Source of the DNA: Promethearchaeota archaeon
Lineage (GTDB): Archaea; Asgardarchaeota; Lokiarchaeia; Sigyniarchaeales; SOKP01
Assembly: GCA_048937405.1 (NCBI GenBank)
Contig: JBHLNF010000021.1
Location: 1-43,364 of the forward strand
Length of the DNA: 43,364 bases
Direction: 5' to 3'
Shown here: positions 19,204 through 29,400 of the stretch, one piece after another
Layout: each line of letters starts with the position of its first letter
Position numbering within the stretch: the first letter of the stretch is position 1
Program-made: the position numbers and the translations under genes
Notes under the pieces: generated by a model
Told to the model about the DNA's origin: nothing
Seen by the model: the letters and a program-made list of their open reading frames with translations, nothing else
Database searches by the model: none

Positions 19204-21082
19204 TTAATAGAATATTCCTTTTTTTCTTATTTGTAGATTTATTAGAAGATTCAATCAAAAATTTAGCTTGTTCCAGCCCTAAATTATTTATCCTATAAAT
19301 TCTTGAAGTAGCGCCATATATTAGCTTACCTATTCTGATTTTTTCCGATTCTTTATATAATTCTATTAAACCTTTCTTAATTAATTTATGAAGATATTTA
19401 TTAACAGCACTAACAGATAATTTAATATATGAAACTAATTCATTTGAGGTGAATTGATTGCTATTTTTTTGTTTAGTTATTTCATAAATTGCTTTAATGT
19501 ACTTTTTCCATCCTTCTCCATAACTAATTTGTTTTTTAAGAGGATCCCCTATTATTTCATTTTTAAATTTAAAATTTTTAATATTATCAGTTATGTTTTT
19601 ATATCCTGATTTTACATTTTTTTTATAATCTTCATATTTATTTTCAAAAATTTTATCAATATGTTTAATGAATCTGAAATGAGTGATTATTCTGTGACAA
19701 TTAGAACAAAGAGCGATACAATCCTCCTCTCTTAGCAATTTCCTTATTTTTTGTATATTATATTTTTTAATATCTGTCCATTTAGATTTTTGCTCATCCA
19801 TATTTTCATTTCTATGATGGAAATCGAAGCTAGGCAAGTTGTTTCTAACGGTAATTTCACCACACCCTATGCATTTTCCATTATACATTTTCTCAATAAT
19901 ATATCTTTTTTTAAGCCATCTCTTAATCTGTGTTTTAAAACTGCTAATCTTTGATGGTGATTTATTTTTTAAATCTGGAAAAGTCTTCAAATAATAATTT
20001 ATAATCTTATCAATTTCGATAGGGGTGTTCTTAAAAATATCATTTTTTAGAATAAGATCCTCAAATTTTTTAAATACTACTGCTTGATTTTTTGAATGAC
20101 AGTTAGCACATAGTAATGTAAGATTCTCCCTTTTTATTATTTCAATAATACGATTTAAATTTATGTTAAATATATCTCCCAAATTTACTTTTTTAGTAGT
20201 TTTATCTTTATGATGAAATTTTAAAGCACTAAGTTTTGAGATATCTGTCATACATTTTTTACATTTAATTTTGGATTTTAGACCTAATAATCTTAGTATA
20301 ATTCTAATCTTTTTTTTATAATGTCTAATTGCTCCCTCTTCTAATCTACATTTTTTACATATACTTTCTAGAAGCTTGTTCTCTTTTTTATTAAATTCTA
20401 CATAGTCTTTAATTTCATGACATTGACCACATTCTTTTTTCTTTCCATCATCATATAAGGATTGAAAACTTAATTTATTCATATTAAATTCATCACTATG
20501 TTCATTCAAATAATCTATTAATTCAGAAATGAAACTTAAGAGAGTTCTTTGAGAAAGCCCTAGAGTGTTATTGTTTTTGCTCAATTTGGATACAAAATTT
20601 TTAATATTGACTATATTACCAGCTTTCTTTTGCCTTAGGTTTTCACTATTTAAGTCATAAATTAGCTTTATCAGATCTATTAAATAGAGTTTCAGTGCTA
20701 AAATTTGATTTTTATCAAACAATAATTTATATAAATAATTTAATTCATGATTGGGAATTTTTTTAACCCAATTAAGCTTACTTTGATTACTCTTTAGACT
20801 ACTAATCAGAAATTTAACAAAATTTCGGAGTTGTAAAGGTTTAAATTCATCCAAATTATTATAGATAGCTAAACTAATTATTAACCTTGTTTTTTTTGGA
20901 AATTTATTTATTCTTTTAATATTTCTGAGTCTTAGAGCCTCAGATATTTCTTTCTTATAATTATTATTTGTAGAGAGAAAATTTTTTGACATGCCTCTTT
21001 TAACTCCTTGGTCATAATCCCAACCCCATTTAAAATAACTTTGAGTATGTCGTCTAAAAACATCTCCTAATAAAGAGATCAA
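19190..21082 (-). CDS. Tandem HNH endonuclease with Zn-ribbon and C-terminal winged HTH
   Basis: CGQC..CKKC; KCKKC...FHH...LLCANCH; KCIGC...DFHH...ALCSNCHR; FTSNEL...SAVNKYLHKLIKKGLI. Confidence 0.75.
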   Translation of the reverse strand: MISLLGDVFRRHTQSYFKWGWDYDQGVKRGMSKNFLSTNNNYKKEISEALRLRNIKRINKFPKKTRLIISLAIYNNLDEFKPLQLRNFVKFLISSLKSNQSKLNWVKKIPNHELNYLYKLLFDKNQILALKLYLIDLIKLIYDLNSENLRQKKAGNIVNIKNFVSKLSKNNNTLGLSQRTLLSFISELIDYLNEHSDEFNMNKLSFQSLYDDGKKKECGQCHEIKDYVEFNKKENKLLESICKKCRLEEGAIRHYKKKIRIILRLLGLKSKIKCKKCMTDISKLSALKFHHKDKTTKKVNLGDIFNINLNRIIEIIKRENLTLLCANCHSKNQAVVFKKFEDLILKNDIFKNTPIEIDKIINYYLKTFPDLKNKSPSKISSFKTQIKRWLKKRYIIEKMYNGKCIGCGEITVRNNLPSFDFHHRNENMDEQKSKWTDIKKYNIQKIRKLLREEDCIALCSNCHRIITHFRFIKHIDKIFENKYEDYKKNVKSGYKNITDNIKNFKFKNEIIGDPLKKQISYGEGWKKYIKAIYEITKQKNSNQFTSNELVSYIKLSVSAVNKYLHKLIKKGLIELYKESEKIRIGKLIYGATSRIYRINNLGLEQAKFLIESSNKSTNKKKRNILLINGE

Positions 21083-21207
21083 TTCGTCTGTTGGGAGTTT
21101 GCCTAATATCGATATAAGTTGTTTCTTATTTTCCTCATCAAACTTAGTTTTTTTAATAATTTTATTTATTATTGATTTTTTTTTTACAACTCAAAATTGT
21201 ATTTTTT

Positions 21208-21522
21208 TTAAAAATTCTTCTTTAAATGCTCCTTCCAATTCATAGCAACTTCTAGTTCAGGAATTATTTCTAAAGAAATTTTTTCAAGTTTTATGAGATT
21301 TCTGATTTTTTGAGCAATTTGGTTTTCAGTAGGGTTGTGTTTTTGTAATAAAACGATTAATTTTCTACTTAAATTCATTAAGTGTCTATATTTTTTGATT
21401 TTTTCAATTAAATCTTTTTTAATTTTGTCAGAAATTTCTATTTCATCAACTTCAATTATCCACTTTTCCAACAAGATTTCCCAATCTTCCTTAGGTTTAT
21501 TCTTTTCTTCACTTAAAATCAT
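21208..21522 (-). CDS. Small helical hypothetical protein inside the HNH element
   Basis: 104-aa K/E-rich ORF; its ATG lies at the junction with the lpdA duplicate. Confidence 0.55.
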   Translation of the reverse strand: MILSEEKNKPKEDWEILLEKWIIEVDEIEISDKIKKDLIEKIKKYRHLMNLSRKLIVLLQKHNPTENQIAQKIRNLIKLEKISLEIIPELEVAMNWKEHLKKNF

Positions 21523-21718
21523 TGGTGCATCTTGTATTGGCGCCGAAGCACCCGAATTAATTTCTGAAATTGCTTTAGGAATGCAACATGGTTTAACTGT
21601 TCATGATATCGCAGAAACTATCCATAGTCATCCAACGATATCTGAAATGGTGTTGGAAGGTTCTGAATCTGTCGTAGGTAAAGCAATCCATAAGAAAGGA
21701 CGTCCTATTCACCATTAA
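21514..21718 (+). pseudogene. lpdA: Displaced lpdA 3' fragment (last 67 codons)
   Basis: KIIGASCIGAEAPELISEIALGMQHG...HSHPTISE...KKGRPIHH, 57/67 aa identical to the LpdA C-terminus; no proper start. Confidence 0.9.
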
Positions 21719-22097
21719 TTTAACTAAAATATTTTTTCTTTCATATATTATTTTTTTTTTCTATAAAGTGATTTTAATGAAATAAAATGAACCGTAAGTA
21801 GGGGGTTCCTATTCATCATCTCCCTCATTTTTAAGTATTCTTTTTGATCAAAGTTTAATATTAAATGATTGATTTCGACATATTCGGTCGATTTCCGTTA
21901 TTAATATTATGGTAACTTAACATAACATCCCTTCGATTTTTTATATATGACTCTTTTCAAGAATTTATTGTTACTAATTTAGGCTTGAGACGATCACTTT
22001 CGCAAAGCTATTGTTTGCTATACGACAGGTAAATTATCGAGAATGATCACATTTATATATGATCATTCATATATTATTATTGAGGTGAGTAAGTAAA

Positions 22098-22364
22098 ATG
22101 GATAGTATAAGATCGAAAAAAAAGGCACTCAAGAATTTTGAGAATATAAAGGACGCCGTAAAAGGTTTATATGAAATTTTAGAGCTTTCCCTGAGTGAAC
22201 ATGATTTTTATTATGAAGCAGGTAAAGATAACATTACTGCAATTTATAAGAATCTCATAGAATTATTGTTAAATGAATATGGGCTTCGTCAACTTTTAAA
22301 GAAGATCCAGAACTCAGAAGTAGATTTGAACATCGTGCTTAATGAGTATTTAGCGAATGCCTAA
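22098..22364 (+). CDS. Hypothetical helical protein, 88 aa
   Basis: Strong SD TGAGGTGA at 22081-22088; TATA-like TTTATATA at 22052-22059. Confidence 0.75.
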   Translation: MDSIRSKKKALKNFENIKDAVKGLYEILELSLSEHDFYYEAGKDNITAIYKNLIELLLNEYGLRQLLKKIQNSEVDLNIVLNEYLANA

Positions 22365-22430
22365 TAAATTTTCTTTACTGATTTCTTTTTTAGTAAGTTT
22401 TTGAAATGAGCCAGTTGTATTACTATAATA

Positions 22431-22507
22431 TCAGTTCCCTGAATTCGTCCGTTGAATACTCACCTCACCCATTGTCGCAAATCTTCAAGGAGATATCGGG
22501 GAACTGA
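22431..22507 (+). ncRNA. Candidate hairpin ncRNA and integration target
   Basis: TCAGTTCCCTGA pairs with TCGGGGAACTGA (12 bp, one G-U on the + strand); inner TCC/GGA and TTGAA/TTCAA stems; 27-nt loop; T-tracts follow. Confidence 0.55.
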
Positions 22508-22646
22508 CCTTTTTCCTTTTTCATATAAAGGAGAGAAATAGAGAAGTGAAAATAGGAAATAAAAAATTTAGGATCGTTATCAAGCTTATTTAACAAATGA
22601 TTGACCGAGATCTTTAATATTTATAGATTTAGACCTTCCATTTTTT
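22455..22646. repeat. Repeat A copy 1 (55-bp att-like core plus ~137-bp element left end)
   Basis: Direct repeat of 34090-34282; the core recurs at 39042-39096. Confidence 0.93.
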
Positions 22647-22649
22647 TCC

Positions 22650-22674
22650 AATGATCTCCTGTAAGGAGATCATT
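22650..22674. terminator. Perfect 11-bp hairpin downstream of the TIR gene
   Basis: AATGATCTCCT-GTA-AGGAGATCATT. Confidence 0.45.
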
Positions 22675-22754
22675 AACATCTGAATTGGTGAATAGCAATT
22701 ATATAAAATATAGCATGATAAAATCCCTTCAAATATGCTTTTTCCTTAATTTCT

Positions 22755-25700
22755 TCAATAATCTTTTTGGTATTGTGTTGAGCCCACTTGTTTTAAAAGA
22801 ACTTTATATATTTCCTCAACATTATGAGTCAAATTATCTTGAATAAATTGCACACCAAGATAAGGTTTTATCAGGGAAGGAACATTATCATAATCTAAGA
22901 AAATAGGGATTATGAGTTTGCTTTCTGCTAAAGCTGCCTGCCATTCCATTTCAATGTACTTTGATTGTAAGGCATTTTGGGAGCAGAAAGAGATGAATAC
23001 GTCACTTCTTCGTATATTATCGTTCATGTATTTAATAATATTTTCATAATCAACTCCTTCATAAAAGAATACAGTTTCAATTTCTTGATATTTTTCCAAC
23101 TCTTTCGCTATTTTAGCTACATGAAATATATTTGAGTCTCTACGAGAATAACTCACGAAGATACGGAATCCTTGCGTTATATCCGTTGTCTTTATCTTTA
23201 ATTTTTTAGCAAAAAGTTTAGCTACTCTTGGAAACTCATCTATGACTTGATGATCCACCAAAAATTTTCCTATTTTCTTTGCAGTAATTAAATCTAATCC
23301 TGAATTTATGACCAAGTTCGATAAGGTAAGATTTGCTTCTGTCTTTATCAACTTTTCAGAAATTGCTTCTAATTTCGAAATTTCTGATTCCTCATAGTCA
23401 ATTTCTTCATTGAGTAAATTGAAGTAATTATTCGTTTTTCTAAATTTTATATCGAATAACTTGATCAATTCTTTTTTTGTTATTTCTCTCTTGTTTTCAT
23501 GTTCAAATTCTAAAATTTTTCTTAAAATTTCTTGGATTTTTAATTCTTTACAAAGATCTTTTTTATCCAACGCTTGACTTACAATATCATTAAAAGCATA
23601 CAATTTTGCTTCTTGGATAATAGCTTTAATTTCTTCTTTTGCTACTGTGTAATTCTCCTTGTTAATCTCCTCTTCTACGGTTACCAATTTCGCAGTAAGA
23701 GTATTTCGGATATCATTCTCTCTATTTTCAATTTGATTTAATAACTGATTTGCTCCATTAATTTGGTTATTGAATTGATAATTTTGAGCTATTATTAAAA
23801 TTTTTTTCAGTTCCTCCTTAGCGTCTATGAATTTGCCCAAATTTATCATGTCCCTTATCTTATCTAAGAAATTATTCATTTGCTTTCTTTTAATATTATT
23901 TTGTATTTCTTTTTCACATAGATTTATCTTTTCTTTAATAATGTTTATTATGTTATCAAACTGATAGGACTTAGCAGTTCCAAGTATTTCATATAACTCA
24001 TTTCTAGCATTTTGGAAATCTTTATTCTGCATTCTCAGATTAATCTGCATTAACTTTTCTTGAATTTCTATTTTTCTTGTGACCCCCTCATGGAGCTTAT
24101 CAAATCTTTTTCTTAAAATAAGACTTTTTTCTTTTATATGACATAAATTTATCATTTCTTTTACATCATTTACTATCTTAATAAAGTGATATGGTTGAGC
24201 AGTCTCCTGCAATTCTGCCAACTCTTTTTTAACATTTTGAAAATCATTTTTCTGTATTTTTATTTTAACCTGTCTCAATTTTTCTTGAAACTCTGATTCT
24301 TTTATCTTTAAATCGTTTTTACATCTATCAAATTTTTTTAAAGCATCCTCCAATATATTAGTAAAGTTGTGTTTTTTAGAAATTTGAATTACTACTTGGA
24401 TTTCTGTCATTGCAGCTAAATATTCATTGGTGTGGATTAAATCCTCTACCGCTTCCAATCTTTTAATTGTATTTTCTTTCTTCAAATTAATATCTCGAAA
24501 TAACTTACGTAGTCTCCATATCTCTTCCTCTATCTTTTTTAATTTAGATATTCGAGATTTTTGCTCTATTTTTATCAATTTTTCGAGGATGTCTAAGGAT
24601 ATATTATTTTGGATTTCTTGTTCAAGCTCTGCTATTTGGGACTCGAGATGGATTTCTTCAGAACGCATCAACTCCTCTTTATACTCTTTAGATATATTAT
24701 TAGCAACATTAAGAATATCTGAAAATAGTCGATAATCAAATTTTTCGAGTGTATTAGAGATCATATGGAATTCTTGCCAAATTCCTTTATATCTCTTTCT
24801 TTCTAACGATTCTCTTATTTTAATCAATCTTTTAATAAACCAAATCTTAATTGATCTGATTTTTTTAAATTTTTTAATAGAATTTTTAAGGGACTTTATT
24901 CCGTTATCAAACTTGATGAAACGGGCAAGTTCTATTATTTTTTGATAGAGAACTATTTCATTTACATGGAAAAAGTCCTGACCTAACAATATTTCAATTT
25001 CCTTTTGATTAGAAATACTATTTTCATTAGCTGGAAAGGAAGAATCTTCTGCTTCAGAGATCACATAGTCCCACTCGTCATTGATCTCTGATAAGATTTC
25101 TTTTTCTTGTTGATTTAACCATTCAGAGAGCTCCTTAAAAGCTTTGTTATATTCATTTTCTAATATATAAAAGCCAATTTCAATAGCTTCCTCAATTTCC
25201 GAAAAATTTATCTCACATTCTTCAAAAATCTCATATAATTTTGGGCTCATATCAAAACCATTTTTGTAGAGAAAATCAGGAACACCAAATCTTGCAGATG
25301 GATATGCAGGATCTGAAAACTCAAAAAAATCACAAAATTCTTCTATATACAAGGAGATTGTTTTTTTTTCCCGTAATAATTTACGAATATTTCGATCATA
25401 TTCTTTAGGATTGAAAGCTAATATGTTATCGAAATAATTAAGCAAAATTTTAAATTTTTCATAACGCTCTTCTTCTAAATCAATTATAGCATCTTCTACC
25501 AATTCTGCTATATGATGAACGTTAAGATTTCTAGAAAGATCTTTTAAAAATATACGTAATAATGAGAAACTTTCTTCATAGTGGATCAATTTTTTTTCTA
25601 ATTCTGACCACGTTTTCAATCTTTCGTTACCCTCATTAACAATATCATTAACATCAAGTCTCTCCGCCTCAGCAATTGCATCCTTAATCTTATTTATTTT

Positions 25701-25787
25701 ATCGCTGTTGTTTTCACCATATTGAAGTTTTGTATAGATTACTTTCCGTAATTCTCCTTTCTTTTGGTCTAAAGACTTTTGATTCAT
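22755..25787 (-). CDS. Large helical-repeat protein with C-terminal TIR domain
   Basis: RIFVSYSRRD...FISFCSQNALQSKYIEMEWQAAL...IIPIF, with the Glu at the catalytic position; repeated helical units upstream. Confidence 0.85.
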   Translation of the reverse strand: MNQKSLDQKKGELRKVIYTKLQYGENNSDKINKIKDAIAEAERLDVNDIVNEGNERLKTWSELEKKLIHYEESFSLLRIFLKDLSRNLNVHHIAELVEDAIIDLEEERYEKFKILLNYFDNILAFNPKEYDRNIRKLLREKKTISLYIEEFCDFFEFSDPAYPSARFGVPDFLYKNGFDMSPKLYEIFEECEINFSEIEEAIEIGFYILENEYNKAFKELSEWLNQQEKEILSEINDEWDYVISEAEDSSFPANENSISNQKEIEILLGQDFFHVNEIVLYQKIIELARFIKFDNGIKSLKNSIKKFKKIRSIKIWFIKRLIKIRESLERKRYKGIWQEFHMISNTLEKFDYRLFSDILNVANNISKEYKEELMRSEEIHLESQIAELEQEIQNNISLDILEKLIKIEQKSRISKLKKIEEEIWRLRKLFRDINLKKENTIKRLEAVEDLIHTNEYLAAMTEIQVVIQISKKHNFTNILEDALKKFDRCKNDLKIKESEFQEKLRQVKIKIQKNDFQNVKKELAELQETAQPYHFIKIVNDVKEMINLCHIKEKSLILRKRFDKLHEGVTRKIEIQEKLMQINLRMQNKDFQNARNELYEILGTAKSYQFDNIINIIKEKINLCEKEIQNNIKRKQMNNFLDKIRDMINLGKFIDAKEELKKILIIAQNYQFNNQINGANQLLNQIENRENDIRNTLTAKLVTVEEEINKENYTVAKEEIKAIIQEAKLYAFNDIVSQALDKKDLCKELKIQEILRKILEFEHENKREITKKELIKLFDIKFRKTNNYFNLLNEEIDYEESEISKLEAISEKLIKTEANLTLSNLVINSGLDLITAKKIGKFLVDHQVIDEFPRVAKLFAKKLKIKTTDITQGFRIFVSYSRRDSNIFHVAKIAKELEKYQEIETVFFYEGVDYENIIKYMNDNIRRSDVFISFCSQNALQSKYIEMEWQAALAESKLIIPIFLDYDNVPSLIKPYLGVQFIQDNLTHNVEEIYKVLLKQVGSTQYQKDY

Positions 25788-25973
25788 ATTAACTCATTCT
25801 TAGAGTATACTAATATTGAAATCCAGATCATTAATTCTTATTATAAGGAATTAATTTAAAAAAGTTATGTTGATATATTTTAAAAACATACCATTTAGAA
25901 AAGACATACAACTAAATTCTTCCTTAGCAATTTAGGAAGCCAGGATAAAAAATACTCTCTATTAGATCTTCTT

Positions 25974-26243
25974 TTATTTAATGTATTTCACTAAGAATTC
26001 TTTAATTCTTTTGAGAAGGAGATTATGGGTCTCTGGATTACCATAATCCTCTCTAGTTAACAGCCCCTCTTCTTTCGCGATTATATGAAGCCATAAAGTT
26101 GCAAAGATATGATATGTAGAACGGTAAAATCCCATGGTATGTGCTGCTTCTTTAATTCTGCCAAAAATCTGCTGAACGAATTCCCTTCGTAATTCTTTTA
26201 TCTCATTACTTAACGCAGTCATACTGATAGAGGAGAGACACAT
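25974..26243 (-). CDS. Hypothetical protein, up to 89 aa
   Basis: ORF with plausible composition; start uncertain (Met at codon 8). Confidence 0.5.
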   Translation of the reverse strand: MCLSSISMTALSNEIKELRREFVQQIFGRIKEAAHTMGFYRSTYHIFATLWLHIIAKEEGLLTREDYGNPETHNLLLKRIKEFLVKYIK

Positions 26244-26407
26244 TTTAATGATTAAAGAAGAGGAGAGAAACGGTTAAGTGAACTGTTGTTTTTTTTATAA
26301 TGTAAAAAACCCAAAGTATTTTGTGGATTACAAGTTAAAAAAAGAAAAAGGGTGTTTTTTAAATTTAAATTAGTTCCATTGTTACAGTTTTATTCTTTTG
26401 CTTTATC

Positions 26408-29400
26408 TTATGGAACGAAGGGGATTACAATCATCGATCTATAATATAACCTGAACCATTCATTATCTGAGGGATTCCAGTTATACTCTACTTTAAGCTC
26501 TTTTCCATATAGATCTAGTATTTCAATATGAACTTTTGTTTTCCAAAAGTAAGCTCCATAACCTCCAGGAAAATTAAAATTTCTTTTAGTAAAAACTATT
26601 TCACTATTTCCATCATTAAATGCAGTCCAACCCCAACCTTGAGCTTGATCATCGACGAGGTATGGTTGAGAATATTCATCAGGATCTTGAAGACCATAGG
26701 TTGCAGTATAAATTACGAAATTTTTGTGGTTATTATTCTCAAATACAATATCTTCATTTAAATCTTCAGTTGTACTCGATCTATTTTCATATTTATAATC
26801 GTATTTTAGAGGTATTAGGATCATCGATCTCTCCATTATTGTAATCTTTTCATCATCCCGTTGATCTAAATACAATTTTACAGATAAATCTTCATTATTC
26901 AATGAAAGCATATCTGCTATTACAATTGTACCTCTCATTTCGTTCTGGAAAAGACCAGCTGGAAATTCCCATCTACGTCTTGTATTATTATAATCTTGGC
27001 TATTACTAGCGAAAAATGCCCAACCATTACAATGAACTCCTAATAAATCTGTGGTATCATCATTAACCTTAAATGAAGAAGTATAAATAGCGAAATATTC
27101 ACCAGTAAGACCTTCAATATGAATATCTTGATCTGGATATGAATCATCTTCATAAGCCCAAGAACGATAATTCATACTGTTGATATATTTATAATCATTC
27201 TCAAAAGGTATCGCACAAATTGACCTTTCATATATATACAAATCTTCAGCCCATTCAGGACTAAAACTAATTTCCGCTTTGACACCCCCTGAACCAAGCG
27301 TTAGAACATCTATGACAATCATAGTTCCATAAATGAAATTATCTGGCCCTAATCCAGAATTTAAGCAATCATGTAAACGTTTTGTTTTTTGGATTACTCC
27401 TTGATCAGTTATTAACTTCACCCACCCATATCCCTCATAGTTTTCAACTGGTTCTACTTTATATGATGCGGTGTACAAAACCAAATAATCCCCAGGATTT
27501 GCAACTGAAGTAATCGCAGCGTGTTCGTCAACCCAACTACCAGAAGATAAAATAACATGACTTTCTGTACTTTGAGCATATAAAAATCCTTTAGCATAAT
27601 TAGGGGTATTATAATATACACGTTTTGAATAATAATATGCCCCAGTTGTATGTTTCCCTATTAACTGAATTGAGTGGGCTCCAGATTCACATGGAATTAC
27701 TTTATCTCCATAAATGGTCACAATAGGCTCATTATCATAGGAATATCCCATCCACTCATACCCAGAATTATCAACTTCAAGCAATATTCCTTCATAGCGA
27801 TTATCTCCCATAGCATAATTCGGATCCCAAGAATACCCAACAGCATCAATGTGATGACTATAATCCTCATCACCATATCCAACATCGCCAAGAGTTGAAA
27901 ATAAAAGGCGATCTGGACCCGTAGATGATCCTGTTCTGTAATCATATGGACCATATGGAATACCATTAATATATACATAGTATTCATTGCTGGAATCATG
28001 ACATTCGATTTTTATATGATACCATGTTGCTCTTGATAAATCATTTTTAATAGCCTTCCAATCACCATCACAATATTCTAATTTCCCATTGGTTTGCCAG
28101 AATCGTAATTCTACAAGGGTGGTGGATCCTTCTAATAATTTAAACCTTAATTGATCTTGATGTGACATTGAGTATGTACTCCACCAAAATTCAACCTGAG
28201 CATCAGGTTTTGCGCCTCCATCAAAGTAATTACATAAATAAACGCGAGCTTGGTCAGCAGGATTATTATCTTTTATTTCAAGCACTTTATGATGATTTTC
28301 ATATGATTGAGAAATTTTTGCTGAACAACCTGAACTTGCACCATATTCATTAATAAAATTAATAGCATACCCCTCATCGTTAGGATTCTCATCTTCAAAG
28401 CTATATGTTCCCAGATAATAACCATCATCGGGTTCCTGAAATTCTTCTCCACCAAAGGGTTCTTCGATAATTCTCGTTTGAAAATTAACGACCCCATCCT
28501 CATATCCAGATGCGGAGACTGTAATTGTATGTTGTCCATTTTCAGGTATTGGTATTACAGTATCTCCAAAGATGCTGGCCCAATTTCCACCATCGACTTT
28601 ATAACTTGCTTCTATATTATTTGGTGTAATATCAAGCAACAATCCTTCATGTCGATTATCTCCAATATTATAATTTGAATCCCAAGAATATCCAACCGCA
28701 TCTAAATAATGAATATAATCAGAATCGCCATATCCATTATTCCCGAGAGATGAAAAATAAAGTCGATCTGGACCAATATTTGACTCTCCATTATTTCTAT
28801 AATTATATGGTCCGTACTCTATTCCGTCTATATTGACTTTATATTGATTATTAGTATCATCACATACAATTTTAATATGATACCATGTATCAGAGGTTAA
28901 CCCACTTTTTATCTTTCGCCACGTAGTATCACAATAATCTATTTGCCCAGCAGTTTGCCAGAATCGTAATTCTACAAGGGTGGTGGATCCTTCTAATAAT
29001 TTAAACCTTAATTGGTCCTGGTTTGAAGATGAAGAAGTGCCCCACCAAAATTCTACAGCAGCATTAGCTTTATAACCGTCAAAATAGTTAAACATAGAGA
29101 CACAAGCTTGATAAGCAGGATTATTATCCTTTATTTCAAGCACTTTTTTGTGACTTCTCCATGATGAGATAATTTTTGCATGACAATTTGAACTAGCAGA
29201 GTATCCCTCTATAAAACGAATATCATACCCCTCATTGTTAGGATTCTCATCTTCGAATCCATATTTTGCAGGATAATATCCTCTATTGGAATACGCTAAA
29301 TCCCAAGAATAACCTAACAGATCTAGGTAAACTTTATAGTTTTTCTGTGCTGAACCACTTGAAAAGGTTACTGTATTCAAATAAGTTTTAGACCTTTCTT

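Larger units (their letters stand above)
18999..21718. mobile_element. HNH element flanked by duplicated lpdA 3' ends
   Basis: 18999-19203 and 21514-21718 are homologous (205 bp, 67 codons) and bracket two - strand ORFs. Confidence 0.75.

Noticed and set aside
21335-21718. 127-aa ORF as a real gene
   Set aside because: A chimera of antisense sequence of the 104-aa ORF and the displaced lpdA tail.
22401-22429. TTGAAA-N17-TATAAT sigma70-like promoter before the hairpin
   Set aside because: The host is archaeal, the predicted start would fall inside the stem, and such matches arise easily in AT-rich DNA.
22431-22507. Hairpin as a tRNA or SECIS
   Set aside because: No cloverleaf, T-loop or CCA; no AUGA/GA core, and no adjacent gene with an in-frame TGA.
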